Origin: Nitrospirales bacterium
GTDB taxonomy: Bacteria; Nitrospirota; Nitrospiria; Nitrospirales; UBA8639
NCBI GenBank assembly: GCA_965203295.1
Contig: CBDBCZ010000012.1
Span: 224,001 to 288,000, forward strand
Length of the DNA: 64,000 nucleotides
Reading direction: 5' to 3'
Shown piece after piece: positions 26,878 through 40,770 of this stretch. The position numbers and the translations under genes are program-made. The notes beneath the pieces were generated by a model. The model worked only from the letters and a program-made list of their open reading frames with translations. It was not told the origin of the DNA and did not search any database. How positions within the stretch are numbered: position 1 is the stretch's first letter; each line of letters starts with the position of its first letter.

Positions 26878-28151
26878 ACATGTACATAAGTGAGCATATT
26901 AACGATAGAATTATTTTTCTTCTGAAGCAATACACTGCCAAGTGTAAACTATATTCATGGAAGAGGTGTTACAGAGGGACCAGACCTATATACATGAATA
27001 TTTCTTTGGAGTTGGCTATAAAATTTATAAGAAGCTACATATACATGTTTTAATGAGATTTATGAGAATTCTAACACCACCCATGAACGCCTTGGACTGG
27101 AGAGCTGACAAATTGGCATTTTTTATTCCCCTTTTCTCTTCCGAGCTTCATTTTGGATACTCACTATGGCTATGCTTAGGCTATGCTATCTCCTTAGCCA
27201 ACTACGTGCAGGACATGAGTGATTTTTGAGATTCCAGCCTTGAACTGAATCCATTAATGTTAATTTAAGCCACAGCCACTTGGTTCTGGGGATAAGATAA
27301 TGAGCTTGCATATATTAATGCATGGCTATACATCGAGAGAGCCACCTGAAGAGAAGGGGGGGACTTTGCCCAGCCCAGTACTTGTGGTACATGTTCACCA
27401 CATCCAGATATTGTAGCTTTTCCCACTGAGGAATTACAGTGTGTATGAGCTGTCTACTAAACATTGGTGTAAAGGAAGGCCTGCTATAGGCTCAAGATTG
27501 CAGTATCTTTGTTATGTGCGTGCAAACTGACATGTGGATGTACACGGACATACGCATTCAAACATACCAAGCACAATTCACCACACAATACATTAGTGAT
27601 GATATGCATGTGTTAGAACGGTTGAAACGTACTTCTTGCAACGCTGTCCATCCCATTAAGTTGCTTGAATTGATAAAGTACATTGCTGAAGATACCCAAA
27701 AGATTCTGAGGGAGATTCAGCGGCAAGTACCACAGTGTGACTGCTTAACAAAACACATCTACTAGGTTAGTAGCCTTGTCCCCAGGCTCTAGCTCTCAAG
27801 TGATAAAAGCTGAGTGAATGCCTGGGAATGAGGCTACTAAGTTAGCAAATGCATGCATAATTGCAGTAGTAAATCTAATGCTTAGCTCAACAATCTATAA
27901 ACCAAAATTATACACTGGAGTATATATGACAATATGGCTAGAGGCCAAACAACTCAATGTGCAAGGAAATGAAACGTATCAAGGGTAAACCAATGTTGAC
28001 ATCACCATGAAACATTAACATTATTACAGTACGCAACAACCCAGTGAGATTTAGTATCAAAATTATGTTATTTTGTGAACCATGGCTGAAAACTTATGTA
28101 AGGCATTTCCACCTCAGATTCTCTGTGGAGATATGAAAAACAGGTTAATCC

Positions 28152-28215
28152 TTCCAGTGGCCTAGTGGTGAAGGCCCGGAAAGCTGAGAGCTGGGTTAGA
28201 TTCTCTTGAGTACGT
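28152..28215 (+). mobile_element. tRNA-derived SINE-like head; also at ~41893, ~56333 and ~63775
   Basis: Box A-like GTGGCCTAGTGGTGAAGG and degenerate box B GGGTTAGATTCTC, followed by a T-rich tract. No cloverleaf. Confidence 0.5.
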
Positions 28216-29044
28216 AAATGTACTTCCTGTTTAACCCCCCTTTCTTTCTTTAGTTGGTCTTTTGCTTCTTTTGGGTTGTGTTTCTGTTAGTTTTCACTAT
28301 GTATTCCAGAAAGATTGGGCAAGACTGGCTATATACCCTTAGGCTGTACTCAACAACAGGACAGAAGTGATTCAGGCTTGCTAAAGAGCCTTTGCATCTG
28401 GCAGCATGGTTAAGCATTCTTAGACCGGCTCATCCTGTATACATCCGCACCTACACCACAGCTCAGCTACAAGTGTGTTATAAAGTGCAACTATCTGGAC
28501 ATAAATCTCCTCCTACTTGACTTTGGCATTACGGTTTAATACATATGTGTAATTTTCTGAAAACAGAGCTTTAGCCACACGAAGGTTAAGATCTCTTTGT
28601 CTGCTGGCCAATTTACTTCACATTTGGCACTGCGGTTTGCTCTCAATAAACGTAATATTAATAATGTACTTGAAAAACAGACAACCATCCTGACACTAGT
28701 AGCTACACTACAGATGAAAGGCTCATTACTGATCATGAGCAGGGCAAGCTTTCTGGTTTCTACTCTACACAGTCTCTTGCAAGCTTTTGCAAACCTCTAT
28801 CCCGACACGGAAGCTAGTCTCGCGAGCCAGACTGTACGGGACTGCTAGCTATACCCTGGCTGACCAAATTACAGTACAGAACGGGGACATATTAGCGAGT
28901 ACAAACTTACATGGCTTGAAATAGCTTTAATCTCCTGTTGTATGAGTGGCCTGACTCGTACAGCAACTCTTCTCCCTCCCTAACGAAGATTCCCGACGGT
29001 TCAGCGCACAAACGCAATCGTGTGAATGAATGGGGGTGGGGCTA

Positions 29045-30180
29045 TCTAGACCTGTACGCATACGTATACATAGATATTATCTACTAGGGGAATGCATAGC
29101 ATTGTGTGTCAAGCGTGAGCGAGTTCATCATGCCATAGATTATCTATGATTATACATAGCTGACTTGGATATGCAGGGCTGGTAATGCACCATATATTAC
29201 AAAATTAATCACGGATAATAGAGCATGATGTAATTTTACATGCAGCGGTATATTACAGTGGTCACAATCATCATTATAATATGGAAGGATATAGTTGAGA
29301 AAAACTCAAATGTTGGTTTGGTTTGTACTTAATGCCTGTGAATGCCGGCTGTAGGTCAAAGTAAACGGAGGGGCAGATAGGAGGGAAGTTTCGGTGACGT
29401 CTTCATCTTGCATGTTCAATCTCAACAAGTTAAGATTTGTGCCAAAAACATTGAGTGTTAGGAAATCGGTACCAGCAAGAAAGGTGAGCCTAGCACTCCA
29501 CTGTTTCTTGCAGTGTTTCAGTGCTTGAAGAGCATCGCACTTTGCACATATACCCAGCTGTTCAGTTGTGGGGGTGATTTGAGACTTGCAGACTGACAAG
29601 GCAAGCTAAGTACGTGTCTAGTGACACAACAGCTGCAACCTCAACACGAGTTAGCGGCCACCAAATTATGCGAGCCACGGTCACAGATGCTGAAGGACGT
29701 GTACGCTGCTGTTGTGAATGATAAGTCATTGAAGGCAGTTCAGAAGCTCCCGATAAACACCACTGCAGAGAGGGGCTACTCTGAAGAGGAGACATGCCAC
29801 CTTCTCCTCCAGCTACCAATGTTCGTGGCATCGCGGACTTCATCATCCTTTGCCCTTGCGCAGCTGCCCTGCGTTCTCGCCTGCGTACACGTCAGCTTGG
29901 TCTCCGCCTTCGCCGTGCCAGGCTCGCTCGTTCTGTAGCCTTCTCTCTATCTCCACAGGGGTTTCGGCCGCTCTCCTTTCTCTGTAGCGCTGTCTGCGCC
30001 GTTCCAATGTCCGCTGTCTACAGAAGTCACTCATTTCCCTCTCCAGAGTGCACGCACGTGTTGTAGAGGCCGAGGATAGTTGCCGCTGAAACAGTTGTTG
30101 AAATAGGCATATATATAGACCATGCACGGACGTGCACGCACGCACAGGTCTTCAGTACTAAGGGGGGGTGGGGGGGCTAT
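29045..30180. mobile_element. Scrambled non-autonomous Helitron/Helentron-derived element; paralogue ~42783-44515
   Basis: Plus strand: EPRSQMLK...KAVQKL.IN...ERDYSAQETCHLLLQLPM...SRDF (copy-2 reading; a Rep-helicase linker motif). Minus strand: a Cys-rich RPA/OB-fold-like piece (YLACL.CKSQITP...GICAKC) and RERRAAETP.E..RRLQ repeats. Sub-terminal AGACCTGT/ACAGGTCT. Copy 2 has a GGGGCTCACTCACGCTTGCCCC hairpin. Confidence 0.65.
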
Positions 30181-31539
30181 ATAATAATAGGAAAACAATA
30201 CAACAAATAAAATAACAATAATAATTATAAAAAATAACACAACAGTTCAACATGTGATGACAGCTTCATCATGTGTACATGTAAATAGTCACGAAGAGAG
30301 GTCTCATCCACGAATCGTGACTTCCTGCTTCTAAATCAATCTTTATGCTGTTGTCCATGGTATCTGCATTTGAAATCACCACTGATGCACTCTCTGGTAG
30401 AGCTTGTAAATTTTCATTTGGGTGCTCAGATACTGTCGAGCTCCAGCCACTGCTTGCGATGTGTGTGAGCTCGCTACCTGCACGGCAGTATAAACATTAT
30501 ACAATAATAGAGCCAGTAACGCCTCGGTACGAATCTGACTAGTACACTCCAGTACAAACGCATAGCCTATTAGTAGAATCTGAATGCCAGAGCTCAGTAT
30601 GTACCGGTATGTATATAACAACTTACAATTGCATACGCATTAATGTATTAGCAGGATGATTATTGTTTTTGAAAGCACTGACAGGCTCATGCAGTAGCAC
30701 TGTGACTTAGTCTCTTCTTGTACAGCCTGGTATTTTTCTGCTGTAACTTTGACCTTCTGGCTTCCTACCCTGGGAGGTGAAACAATGCATGAAGCCGGTG
30801 ATGTAACGAAGAATAACATGAACACTTGGCCACCATTGTCTCTACCAAGTGAATCGGATCAGCTCTAGACTCTACTGCGAGCTCTATATGTATGCCACAT
30901 ACCATAGTGACCTAATGCACTAGCTGTCACCATAGTCACTGTTGATTCCAGAGACATTTATGCTTACACAATGAGGTACATAAGCGGTAAATCCTTATTG
31001 GTCCCTCTAACGATCTGTACATGATTGTAGCCATTCGTACCTTTCATTCTCCTTGAAATATTTTCAGAAATGTGTGGCCTAACCAGCAATAGAATTTGTG
31101 ATAGAGCCTACTTTTCAAACCATGAACAAAACAACTACTGAACCAAGGAAACAAAACCTTCAACCACTGCTCAAACTACACAGATTTATTACTATTACTT
31201 TATCTAATTAGTGAAAAGGTACTTAAAATTTTTGTATGTATTTTTATCTTTCCTTTAAGTTTAAAGCTGTATGTGCAGCAGTATTTTCAAAGGAAACACT
31301 GATGAACATGAACTTACACTGAAAATAATGACAGTCTCGCGTCTTCAAGACGACAAAGACTAGTTATCTAGTTTTGATTCTCCCCCCCCCCCCCACACAC
31401 ACTATTTAAAAGTTAGGTATGCATTACATTAAAGTGTGCTAGAAACAGGACATGTAGCTAGCAATTGCATTAATTACTGCCTATCTGTGCTGGTAGGGAA
31501 AATGGAGAAAAGGTGATAATGAGTGACAAAGCGGTGAGG

Positions 31540-34300
31540 TGGTGGGAAGGTGATAAAGGAGAAGAGTCTGATAAGGATACTGGAGATTAGTATTGGCAGT
31601 GAAGATAAACATGGAGAGTGTTACAATCTATGTTCAGAAATCAAGGAATTGGTATAGATAGTTGAAATGAGGTGATTGAAAAGGCTAATAAAGATTTTCA
31701 TGAAAACAGGGAAGAGTTTTTGGGTATTTGTTGGCAGGATCTTCAAAGGGTAGTCGTAAGGGTATATTGCTTCTTTGAGGAGTACTCCAGGTTCACATGT
31801 AACCAGCATTAAGGGAAATTTGGAAGTATTATGTGAGCATTATGAAAGGCTGGGTACAGCATCCGTAGATGATCAGTTTGATGGTAACTGGAAAGAGCAT
31901 GTAGAGCAGAAAGTGACAGAGTATAGGGAAATGTCTAGATTACGGAAGGTTAAGGTTTTGGACAGCTAGGGGAATTATTTTGCAGAATTTTAACTAAAGC
32001 CCCAAAGAACTAGAAATCTCTAGCAGAGACATACCGATTGCCAATACGAACACGTGACCAGAGTCCGTATATGCCCGGCCCCCATTGTATTCTAGTTGTG
32101 ACCGTTTTAAAAAGGCAGTTGTTAAATATGAAAGAACTGGAGATGCAGCGTATGGAACCGCTTTGGCGACTATCAGGTACACACCCGGACTTTTTTTTTA
32201 GATTTCAATGTTACTGTCGTGTTTAGCAATCACTTAACCCTGTAATTTGCGAGATAGCCCGATTTTTGAGCGGACAGACAACAAACAGACGGACAGACAG
32301 AACCAATTGCTTAACCCCGCCGCCGCCTACGCGCCGCGGGGTAATAATAATACAGGAGGTAATGATGGACTAGTTGGGGAGCTTTTTAGGTACGGTGGCA
32401 AAGGAGTAGTTACAAGTTGTTTGTTGAAAGTCTTATATGAAGTAGTTTGGACATAGGAGAGTGTTCCAAAACAACAAGGACAAGTGTTAACTTTTAGCTT
32501 GTATAAGAAAGGTGTTACTGAGGACCTGGGTATTTACAGAGGCATTACATTATTGAATGTGGGAGGAAAATTGTTCTAAACAATCGCCTAGTAATCACAT
32601 TAGAATGAGAAAGAGCTCTTCATGATGATTTAGAGAAAAAACGAGTCGTGCTGATAGCATCTTTGCTCTCAATAAAATCATACCAGGTAGAATGAGGAAC
32701 ACTTATGCTTCTTTCTTAGATGTTCAGAAGTATTTAACACAGTTTGACATAATGGCTTATAGTTTAAGGAAATTGGTGTTAGGGGCAGGATGAGGTGAGT
32801 TATTAAGGATATCACACAGAGTGCTGTTTTACTGGAGGCAGAAATATCTGATATAGGTCAGGGGGTGGCACAGGGTTGTAGTATGTCGCCTATCCTTTTA
32901 TCTAACTTTATTAATCAGTTGTTAGGTGAGTTTGAGAAGGCTGTGATTGGCATTAATATTAAGAAGGAGTTCAGGTTGGGGGCCTAATGTTTGCCAAAAG
33001 ATTTTGTAGGTTCAACTACTAACGCTGAAGACTTACAAATACAAACATTGATTAATGTATTACAGGGGTTTTGTAAAAATGGAGTTTGAAATCTAACATA
33101 CACAACAGTGCTGTTATGGTAATTTCTAAAGAGGTTGATACAGGTGCGTGTACAAGGAAGTGGGGAGATAAAAACATTCCAGAGGTTGTAAGTTACTGTT
33201 ACTTGGCCACTGATTTTGCAAATAATGGTTCATGGATAGTCATGTACAGAAGGTAATAAACAGTGGAAAAAAATTACATAGCTTTTTAGTAACAGTAAAA
33301 ATATCAGTACAGTTACAAGAAGGACACCTATTGTTAGTTCAGTACTTTACCCTGCTTTAGAATATGGTAGTGAAGTGTGGGCTTGTAATACGGCAGACAG
33401 CTTCCTTGGAATTTTTTCAGCTAGGAGCAGCTAAAAATATATTTGGCTGCTCTTCTAAAACGTGTAATGAAGCAGTAAGGGGGAGGGGTATTGGGTTAGA
33501 ATCTTTTGAAAGGCAGGAGGCATAGGTGCAAACTTAAGTGGTGTTATAAAGTCAGTAATTTGCATGATGAGAGATATCCTAGCTTACTAGACAGTGAGTG
33601 GTAAGTGAAATCGTGCACAGGTAGGCAGAGGGAGACCTGGAGGAAAGTCGGCAGTACATTGTTGCTGCAGTCATTAAATGTAGAGAGTCAGGATATAATT
33701 ATTTGCTGAAGTTTACAAAATTTTGGAAATGAACATAGTTTTCTAAGCTTCCATTCAACAAATCGTCTACGAAAATATTTCTAATGGTATCTTACATAGG
33801 ACACTCCCAGAGCACATGTACTAACTCTCACATTGCGTCCCACACAACTTACACTGCCTATCATAATTTTTACCCCATGTCTTCCTAACTCTTTATTCAG
33901 ACGGTTAGTACTTGAACCTAAACTTAAACATCAATCGTATTCCTGGATCCCCAACCCCTGCAAGTAATTCTTACATTCTATTTCTTTACAAAAAGACTTA
34001 TACAGCTTCAGCCATCATTTATACTCTCTATATCTCAACACTTCATCTACTCTCTCTAGGAACAAATTTATATTTAAGAGAACAGGCTTTGTTCTAGGGT
34101 GTGAGAATTGCTTTTAAGGGTGTATTAAGACTAGTTAAGAGTTTTGCATTATTGATCTGGGATACTAGGAAGAATAAATTATATGGTGATCAAGATAATG
34201 AAACCTCTGTTTGTTCTTGCTCGGACTGGAGATCTTACAACTGTGTATGTGGGTTGGTGCTCAATGGCATACGCGCTACGACAGCGACACGAGTATAATA
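31540..34300 (+). mobile_element. Decayed non-LTR retrotransposon (LINE) RT region and 3' end
   Basis: GNDGLVGELFRYGG, LYKKG..EDLGIYRGITLLNV, GVAQGCSMSPIL, LEYGSEVW and EAVRG motifs with many stops. The CCHC C-terminal segment lies inverted at ~33725-34055. Confidence 0.9.
32008..32345 (+). mobile_element. HINE/DINE-1-like non-autonomous Helentron inserted in the LINE; paralogue ~45769-46125
   Basis: Begins AACTAGA, contains a (GACA/GACG)n microsatellite and ends in the hairpin ACCCCGC...GCGGGGTAAT. It interrupts LINE coding remnants. Confidence 0.7.
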
Positions 34301-34367
34301 TTACTACCTATCTGTATTATACATGTATCAATTTCAGTTGATGTGCCATTCTTGTGAATGTACAAAC

Positions 34368-37300
34368 CTGTGAAACAGTGTATCCCTTAATTGCGGACAG
34401 TACTGAAGGAAACAGAGCTACTCTTTCGAGTAGAGCTGGCTTTACTGCGCAGTGACTTTGCTCGGGTACTGTGTCACACCTGAAAGAAGAGAGAGCAGGA
34501 ATATTAAGGTAATAACTACACGGACAAACCTGTAAGATCTTACGATAAAGGAGCAGGCACACATAAAAGGCACTGCTCTTGTTGTCTAGATGTTTTCACT
34601 CAAGAGTTCTACAATAATCTTGTTTATGGCTAGGAATGATGATGACTCCTAGTACTTTCTATGTAAGGTGCATAGGTATATGTAGGTGGTACCACACCAT
34701 TGAATACATTAATTACAACTGCTTGCTAACCCTTAGTCATCAAAGTTTATAGGGGTGAGGATGTTACAAGACTAGATTGCACCATTGCATATCTTCAGTT
34801 TGAACACATACAATACCTACCTTTTCACTTCTTAGAACATGAAACAGGAAAATGAAAACACCCTATAGAGAATGGATAAGAAATAAATATGACTAATCTA
34901 TGTAGATTGCTGTTCAGAACAAGAGTAATGCAATAACATACGTACCTACTAGTGTAATACCTACATGTACATATATGTGTATGTACGTAGCTAGTGTGGG
35001 ATAATTATCACATAAATTTTAGTTCAAAATTGATTACCATGTCGATGCATGAATTGGTGATAGTGTACACAACATACAGTAGTAATTACACTGTACATGT
35101 ACAATGATGAGGTGTATGCAACTAGTATGAGAACACATTCTTAGGATATTAATAAATAATATCTACATGTTTTAAAGCCACTAATGTACTTGCATTATAA
35201 CAGACAACTAAGGTAACCACTTGATTATCATGACATGTGTTAAAACAAATAGCCTTAGTTTCAGTAGAAGGCTCCTGAAGTGAATTGAGAACAGTAAAGA
35301 GCCATGCAAAGGCAGTGAGGTTTCTGTTGACAGTAAATAGCCTAAAAACCCAGGTCAGTCCTAGTATGGGAAGGAGGATCACTGATGCACACAATGAAGT
35401 TCTGAGAAAGAGAAGCAGCATACATAACAGTCTGCAAGCACAGCAGTGAGTGAGGCTGGATGCACACTTCCAATTAATCCTAGCTGGCATGGATAGACTA
35501 CAACAACTATGTCATCTTTACCAGTGAGATAGAGATGATGTTCCCACTAGCAGGATAAAGATGCATATTATAATCTCCTCACGCGGTCAGCAGTTTAGCT
35601 CAGTCTGCTTCATTTGGAGGTATGAACTATTTGACTAGTACATATGTATGTGCTAGAAATTTCACAAAGCACTAAATACATACACGCAAGTACAAAGCAT
35701 GAGCACCTAGTAGAGCCTGATGGTATCTTAAACTCACACAAACAGTTCCCTTTTCTCTTTGAATTTGGAGGTTGTATTCTAATTGGCTGCTTTTGACTTG
35801 GTACTTTTGTACACTTTTATCATAGCCATTGTCATAAAGAATACATTTACCTATGAGGGCATTAATGTAAGAAAGTAATGGTGCCATATAAAATGTTGTA
35901 GTCTTGTAAAAATCGCAGTAGCAAACTTTAACAAGTTTAATAAAATGCATATTTGATTCTTAGAAGTGACCATGAATTAAAACAACAGTTGCAAAGCTAA
36001 CTTAAAGCAATGATGACTAACATAGGTCCAACGAAAGCCCAGATAACTCCATTGTCAGTGGACAGCCAGTAACTGCAAGAACAATATTTAAATAAAACAC
36101 TACTAAGAACTCTCTAGTGCATTGATAATCAACAATTGAGGAACTTCATTAATTTAGCCCAATGACCATGTCAGTGTTCTAGCCATGACTGTTAATACAG
36201 TAACCAGACAGTATGCTTTTGGAATGGCACATTATAAAAGAGGTTGTACACACTGTGGGATGCGACGCACTCAACTACAGTGACATGGATGATCCATAAC
36301 TATAGACAGATTCAACTAGCCCTTGTGTTCATGCTGGTTATACTTACTAAATAAGAGCTCCCTCATCGTTCCTCACTCCATAGTCATCATGTCTTGATGC
36401 CACTCCAATCACCACAGGAAAAATGGGCAGACCTGCCGACAAGAGTATACGTACTGAATAGTCATCTAATGCCTGTATTACAAATCAAGAGTTTGAACAC
36501 TACATGTACGTAGCTTACCCTATCCAAGGAGTAAGAAGAACCACCATTTCTTGGACAGCCTGATGAAAACTACTACCAGCATCAGGTAGAGCATGATGCC
36601 CTCACACAACATCCAACAGAAGGCAGCCAGGAAGAAGTAGTGCAGGAGAACAGTTACAAAGACACACCCACCCTGTAAGGAGCAGAATAATGTACAAATG
36701 AGATACATACATACGTACGTGTAAGTAAGAATGTGTACCATAATCAGTGAGTGGACACTGTCTGTGTCTGAATACGTGCATAATTGTGTTTATATATGTA
36801 TATTACCAAAATTAAATTACGTAGACCATACATTATGCTCACATAAATTTTATTACTATCCCTCATACTTGATCACAACAGAAGAGTATTGCTTAATGTA
36901 AAAGAAACTGAACTGTATACAGGTAGTGTGAGAGCAAACCATTAGCAGAGACAAGAAACAGGACAGACTGTGGGTCTCAAGCAGCGGGAGGTTTGGTAGT
37001 CCGGCCTCACATTTCTCACTCTTAATCGCTTGAGTTATAATATACTATACGGCCTCAGTGATCTCTGCTTCTGTTGATCCTCTCACAGATACGTACGTAG
37101 TTACCAACCTGGCTTCTTCTACATATATGCTGCATGACATCCTCACATGCCCTTGTAGTAAAGATAGGTTTCACCTCAAGCTAGCTGAGATTAAATTCTC
37201 GATCTTGCAAAGTTTCTGGATGATCACAACCCTATCACACAAACACATATCTTTGCAAGATTTTAAAATTAGGGTAAAATCCAAGTTATGTACGTACCTA

Positions 37301-40300
37301 GCCCTGATTGCATGATATATCCGTGGCATGCATAGCAATTAAGGTTTAAACTGAAGGTTTAGCATTTTAATAATTCTTAAAGATAGGCTAGGTGTCATAC
37401 AGAAGCCATAGACATTGTAAAACATTGTACGTAGCAGATTCTATACTTCATTTGAGAACCTAGCAACGTATGGGGTAGAGGAATTAAAGCTAAAACCTAC
37501 AACTCTTGTGACATGCATGCTTTACCAACCATGCAGCATCTAGCATATAACACACACACACACACGCATGTATTTACGAACCACTGAATGCCTGGCTGTC
37601 TGTATACCAATCACAAAAACGAGGTGCCCCACAAACAGAGATGGCCAAATTTAGATGAATAAAGTAGTGAACTAATTGGAACAGTTTCTTGCTGTAGAAT
37701 AAGAGAAAATAGATGTGGTTACTACTGAGAATGCAATCACAAAAGAGTGCAAATCATGCAACTACACTCTCAAGTGAAAGGATTACGGGTAGAGAGAAAA
37801 GCCAGTGAGCAAACATAGAGGTGCATAGAAACGTGTATGCTTATTACTAGTATACACTCCCAGTGGAATACAAACCGTGTACATATCACACCTATGTTAT
37901 ACACATGTAGATTATTTCTCTCTGCATATGTACATGCAGATCCTGATTATGGATGTGTGGTTGCAACTACTAGTAAAAGAAGTAGCCATTACTCTTCACG
38001 TAATAGACGAAGGCAGTATGTATAATATTTGCAAGTACCCACAACACTTGAACTTTCCAAGTAATATCTTAAAAGAAATGTAGCTCAGAGGAGATACTAC
38101 ACGCCCCACGACAATACAAAACAGGGAGTATTAATACTAACGAGTGTAGTGACAATAGTGTAAATGGTGTTTACCCAAGAAAGAGGAAGAACACAATGGC
38201 AATGACCAGGCATGCCATGGAAATAGCACAACCAATATAGGAGACGATCATTAAGGCCTGTAGTTCTGCACCTCCCTATATAGCAACCAAAACAGAATAC
38301 AAAACATTGTGTAACAGGAATAGTGAAGTTTTGCAGCACAAAGAAACATATTTTAGGTACACATGCTAGTAGTCTGTATGCTTGCATTGGTTCTGCAGGC
38401 TGTGTTACAGTATATTATATGATAGCAAGCATGGTCTAAACAATATATGTAGAGAAACCGGTTAATATGCACATTATTGTTACAGTAGTGCCCAGTATAT
38501 GTTTGCATAAATCATCTACCTTAATAGAGGAGTCTCACAAGTACAGTCTGATAAGGTCGAATGGGCTACATGTAGTGTAAACCTGTGGACTTAATGCTAC
38601 TACTGCTATCCATACATCTCCGAGTGTTCCAGACACATCCACCAGCACTGCAAAACTTGAGAGATGGCTGCTCTGGCACTCCACTGTCATCACACCACCG
38701 CGTAAGGTAGCACTGACTGTCTCTACCCCATCTGATGACCAACTGCCACTATCAATCCTGTAGTTTGTTCTATGTTTATTATTTGGGAGGGGGATTAACC
38801 AGAACCACTCCATAACTTTTTTTTAAACATCAAAAACTATATCACACACGCACATGTTGGTCTAAAAGTACATGTAGTTACGCAACAATTATTGCAAACT
38901 CGAGCTTAAACATGAACCTCTGCATGGAAGCATGGCTAAAAAATCCATATGACAAAGTATACTATCAAAAAAGTGTATACTGGAGAAAGAATGCACATAA
39001 TTATTGAAACACAACGTATCTGCAAAAACAGCCTTTACTTATTGTGCTCTATTGTGGGACCCAAATAAAAGTCCTGTAAAAATACAGTAAACATGTACTT
39101 TGGCATGCATACGCAAGTAACTAACAATAGAAGATTTCATTAAAGCGACTTACGGATCAGAAAATTCCCAAAAAGCACATCTGTAGTCACTTCCCTATAT
39201 ACATGTACGTACATACAAAATCATTAGCATGAAAATACAGTTTTACAGTCTATACCATAGATTTATGCACCAAGTGAACTGCTTAAGTAAAGTGGAAACA
39301 GCTACCACCCTTTAAAGAGGACTGTTACAGTACAGCAATGCAATCCCTGGCACATTAATACGCACCCTTCTTAATACTCGCTAGAAAACTATTAGTAAAG
39401 TAGTATTTCTAGTAGCTCTTGTAAGTAGGATGTACGTACCATATATGCTGTCGTGATCTACCTTCATTCAAGATTACACATGCTAACAAAACAGCTATTT
39501 CCACAGTAACATAAAGCTGACCAACATCATAAAACATTACAAGTATTATTGGTATGTTTGGTATATTAATTACAGTATGTGTTAAAAACAAACCTCATCG
39601 AAAGTGAAGGATACATCTACTGGGTCTTCCTGAAGTGCACGAGACTGCTGCACTCGAAATTCTCGTGACAACACTGTTGTGGAAATTACCATGGAGGCAA
39701 CAGCAGTGGAAGCACTACAGAGAGAGATAAACCTTTGTGGTAATGGCTTCCTGGAATGTTACAACTCCTGTACATGTTTATGGTACAGGTATAATGACAC
39801 ACAGATATGGACATCGCATCGATCTTTGCAGTGAACACCTACCAACCAGAACCAGAACCACTCCATAACTTGTTTTAAACATCAAAAACTATATCACACA
39901 CGCACATGTTGGTCTGAAAGTATATGTAGCTACGCAACAATTATTGCAAACTTGAGCTTAAACATGAACCTCTGCATGGAAGCATGGCTATAAAAATCAA
40001 TATGACAAAGTATACTATCAAAAAATTGTATACTGGAGAAAGAATGTACATAATTATTGAAATACGACGTATCTGCAAAAACAGCCTTTACTTATTGTGC
40101 TCTATTGTTGGACCCAAATAAGAGTCCTGTAACAATACCGTGAACATGTACTTTGGCATGCATACGCAAGTAACTGACAATAGAAGATTTCATTAGCATG
40201 AAAATACAGCTTTACAGTCTTTACCACATATTCATGCACCAAGTGATCTGCTTTAGTAAAGCGGGAACAGCTACTACCCTTTAAAGAGGACTGTACAGCA

Positions 40301-40642
40301 ATGCAATCCCTGGCACATTAATATGCACCCTTCTTAATACACTAGAATACTGTTGGTAAAGTAGTACTTCATAGTAGCTCTTGCCAGTAGGATGTACATA
40401 CACGCTGTTGTGATCTACCTTCATTCAAGATTAGACATGCTAACAAAACAGCTATTTCCAGAGTAAGATAAAGCTGACCAACATCATAACTATTATTGGT
40501 ATTATTCGGTTAAAAACAAACCTCATCAAAGTGAAGGATACTTCTACTGGGTCATCCTGAAGTGCACGAGACTGCTGCACTCGAAATTCTCGTGACGACA
40601 CTGTTGTGGAAATTACCATGGAGGCAACAGCAGTGGAAGCAC
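34368..40642 (-). pseudogene. Adhesion GPCR copy 1 (GAIN-GPS-7TM)
   Basis: Exons 39714-39594, 39194-39154 (CAFW), 38757-38616 (WSSDGV..CQSSHL|SSFAVLV), 38275-38175 (TM1), 37691-37582, 36672-36519 (LHYFFLAAFCWMLCEG), 36432-36348, 36072-36006, 35850-35738, 35401-35275, 34862-34821 and 34479-34368. After TM1 there is a 2-nt deletion, at least three stops and two destroyed donors. Confidence 0.92.
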
Positions 40643-40770
40643 TACACAGAGAGATAAACGTTTGTGGTAATGGCTTCCTGGAATGTTACAACTCCTGTAC
40701 ATGTTTATGGCACAGGTATAAGGATACACAGATATGGACATCGCATCGATCTTTGCAGTGAACACCTACC
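38797..40770. repeat. ~1-kb tandem duplication inside copy 1 that duplicates a GAIN exon
   Basis: ACCAGAACCACTCCATAACT at ~38798 and ~39851. The GAIN exon appears at 39594-39714 and again at ~40522-40641. The second unit lacks the CAFW exon. Confidence 0.9.

Noticed and set aside
28152..28215. tRNA gene
   Set aside because: Only A/B-box-like motifs are present, with no acceptor or anticodon stems. Treated as a SINE head.
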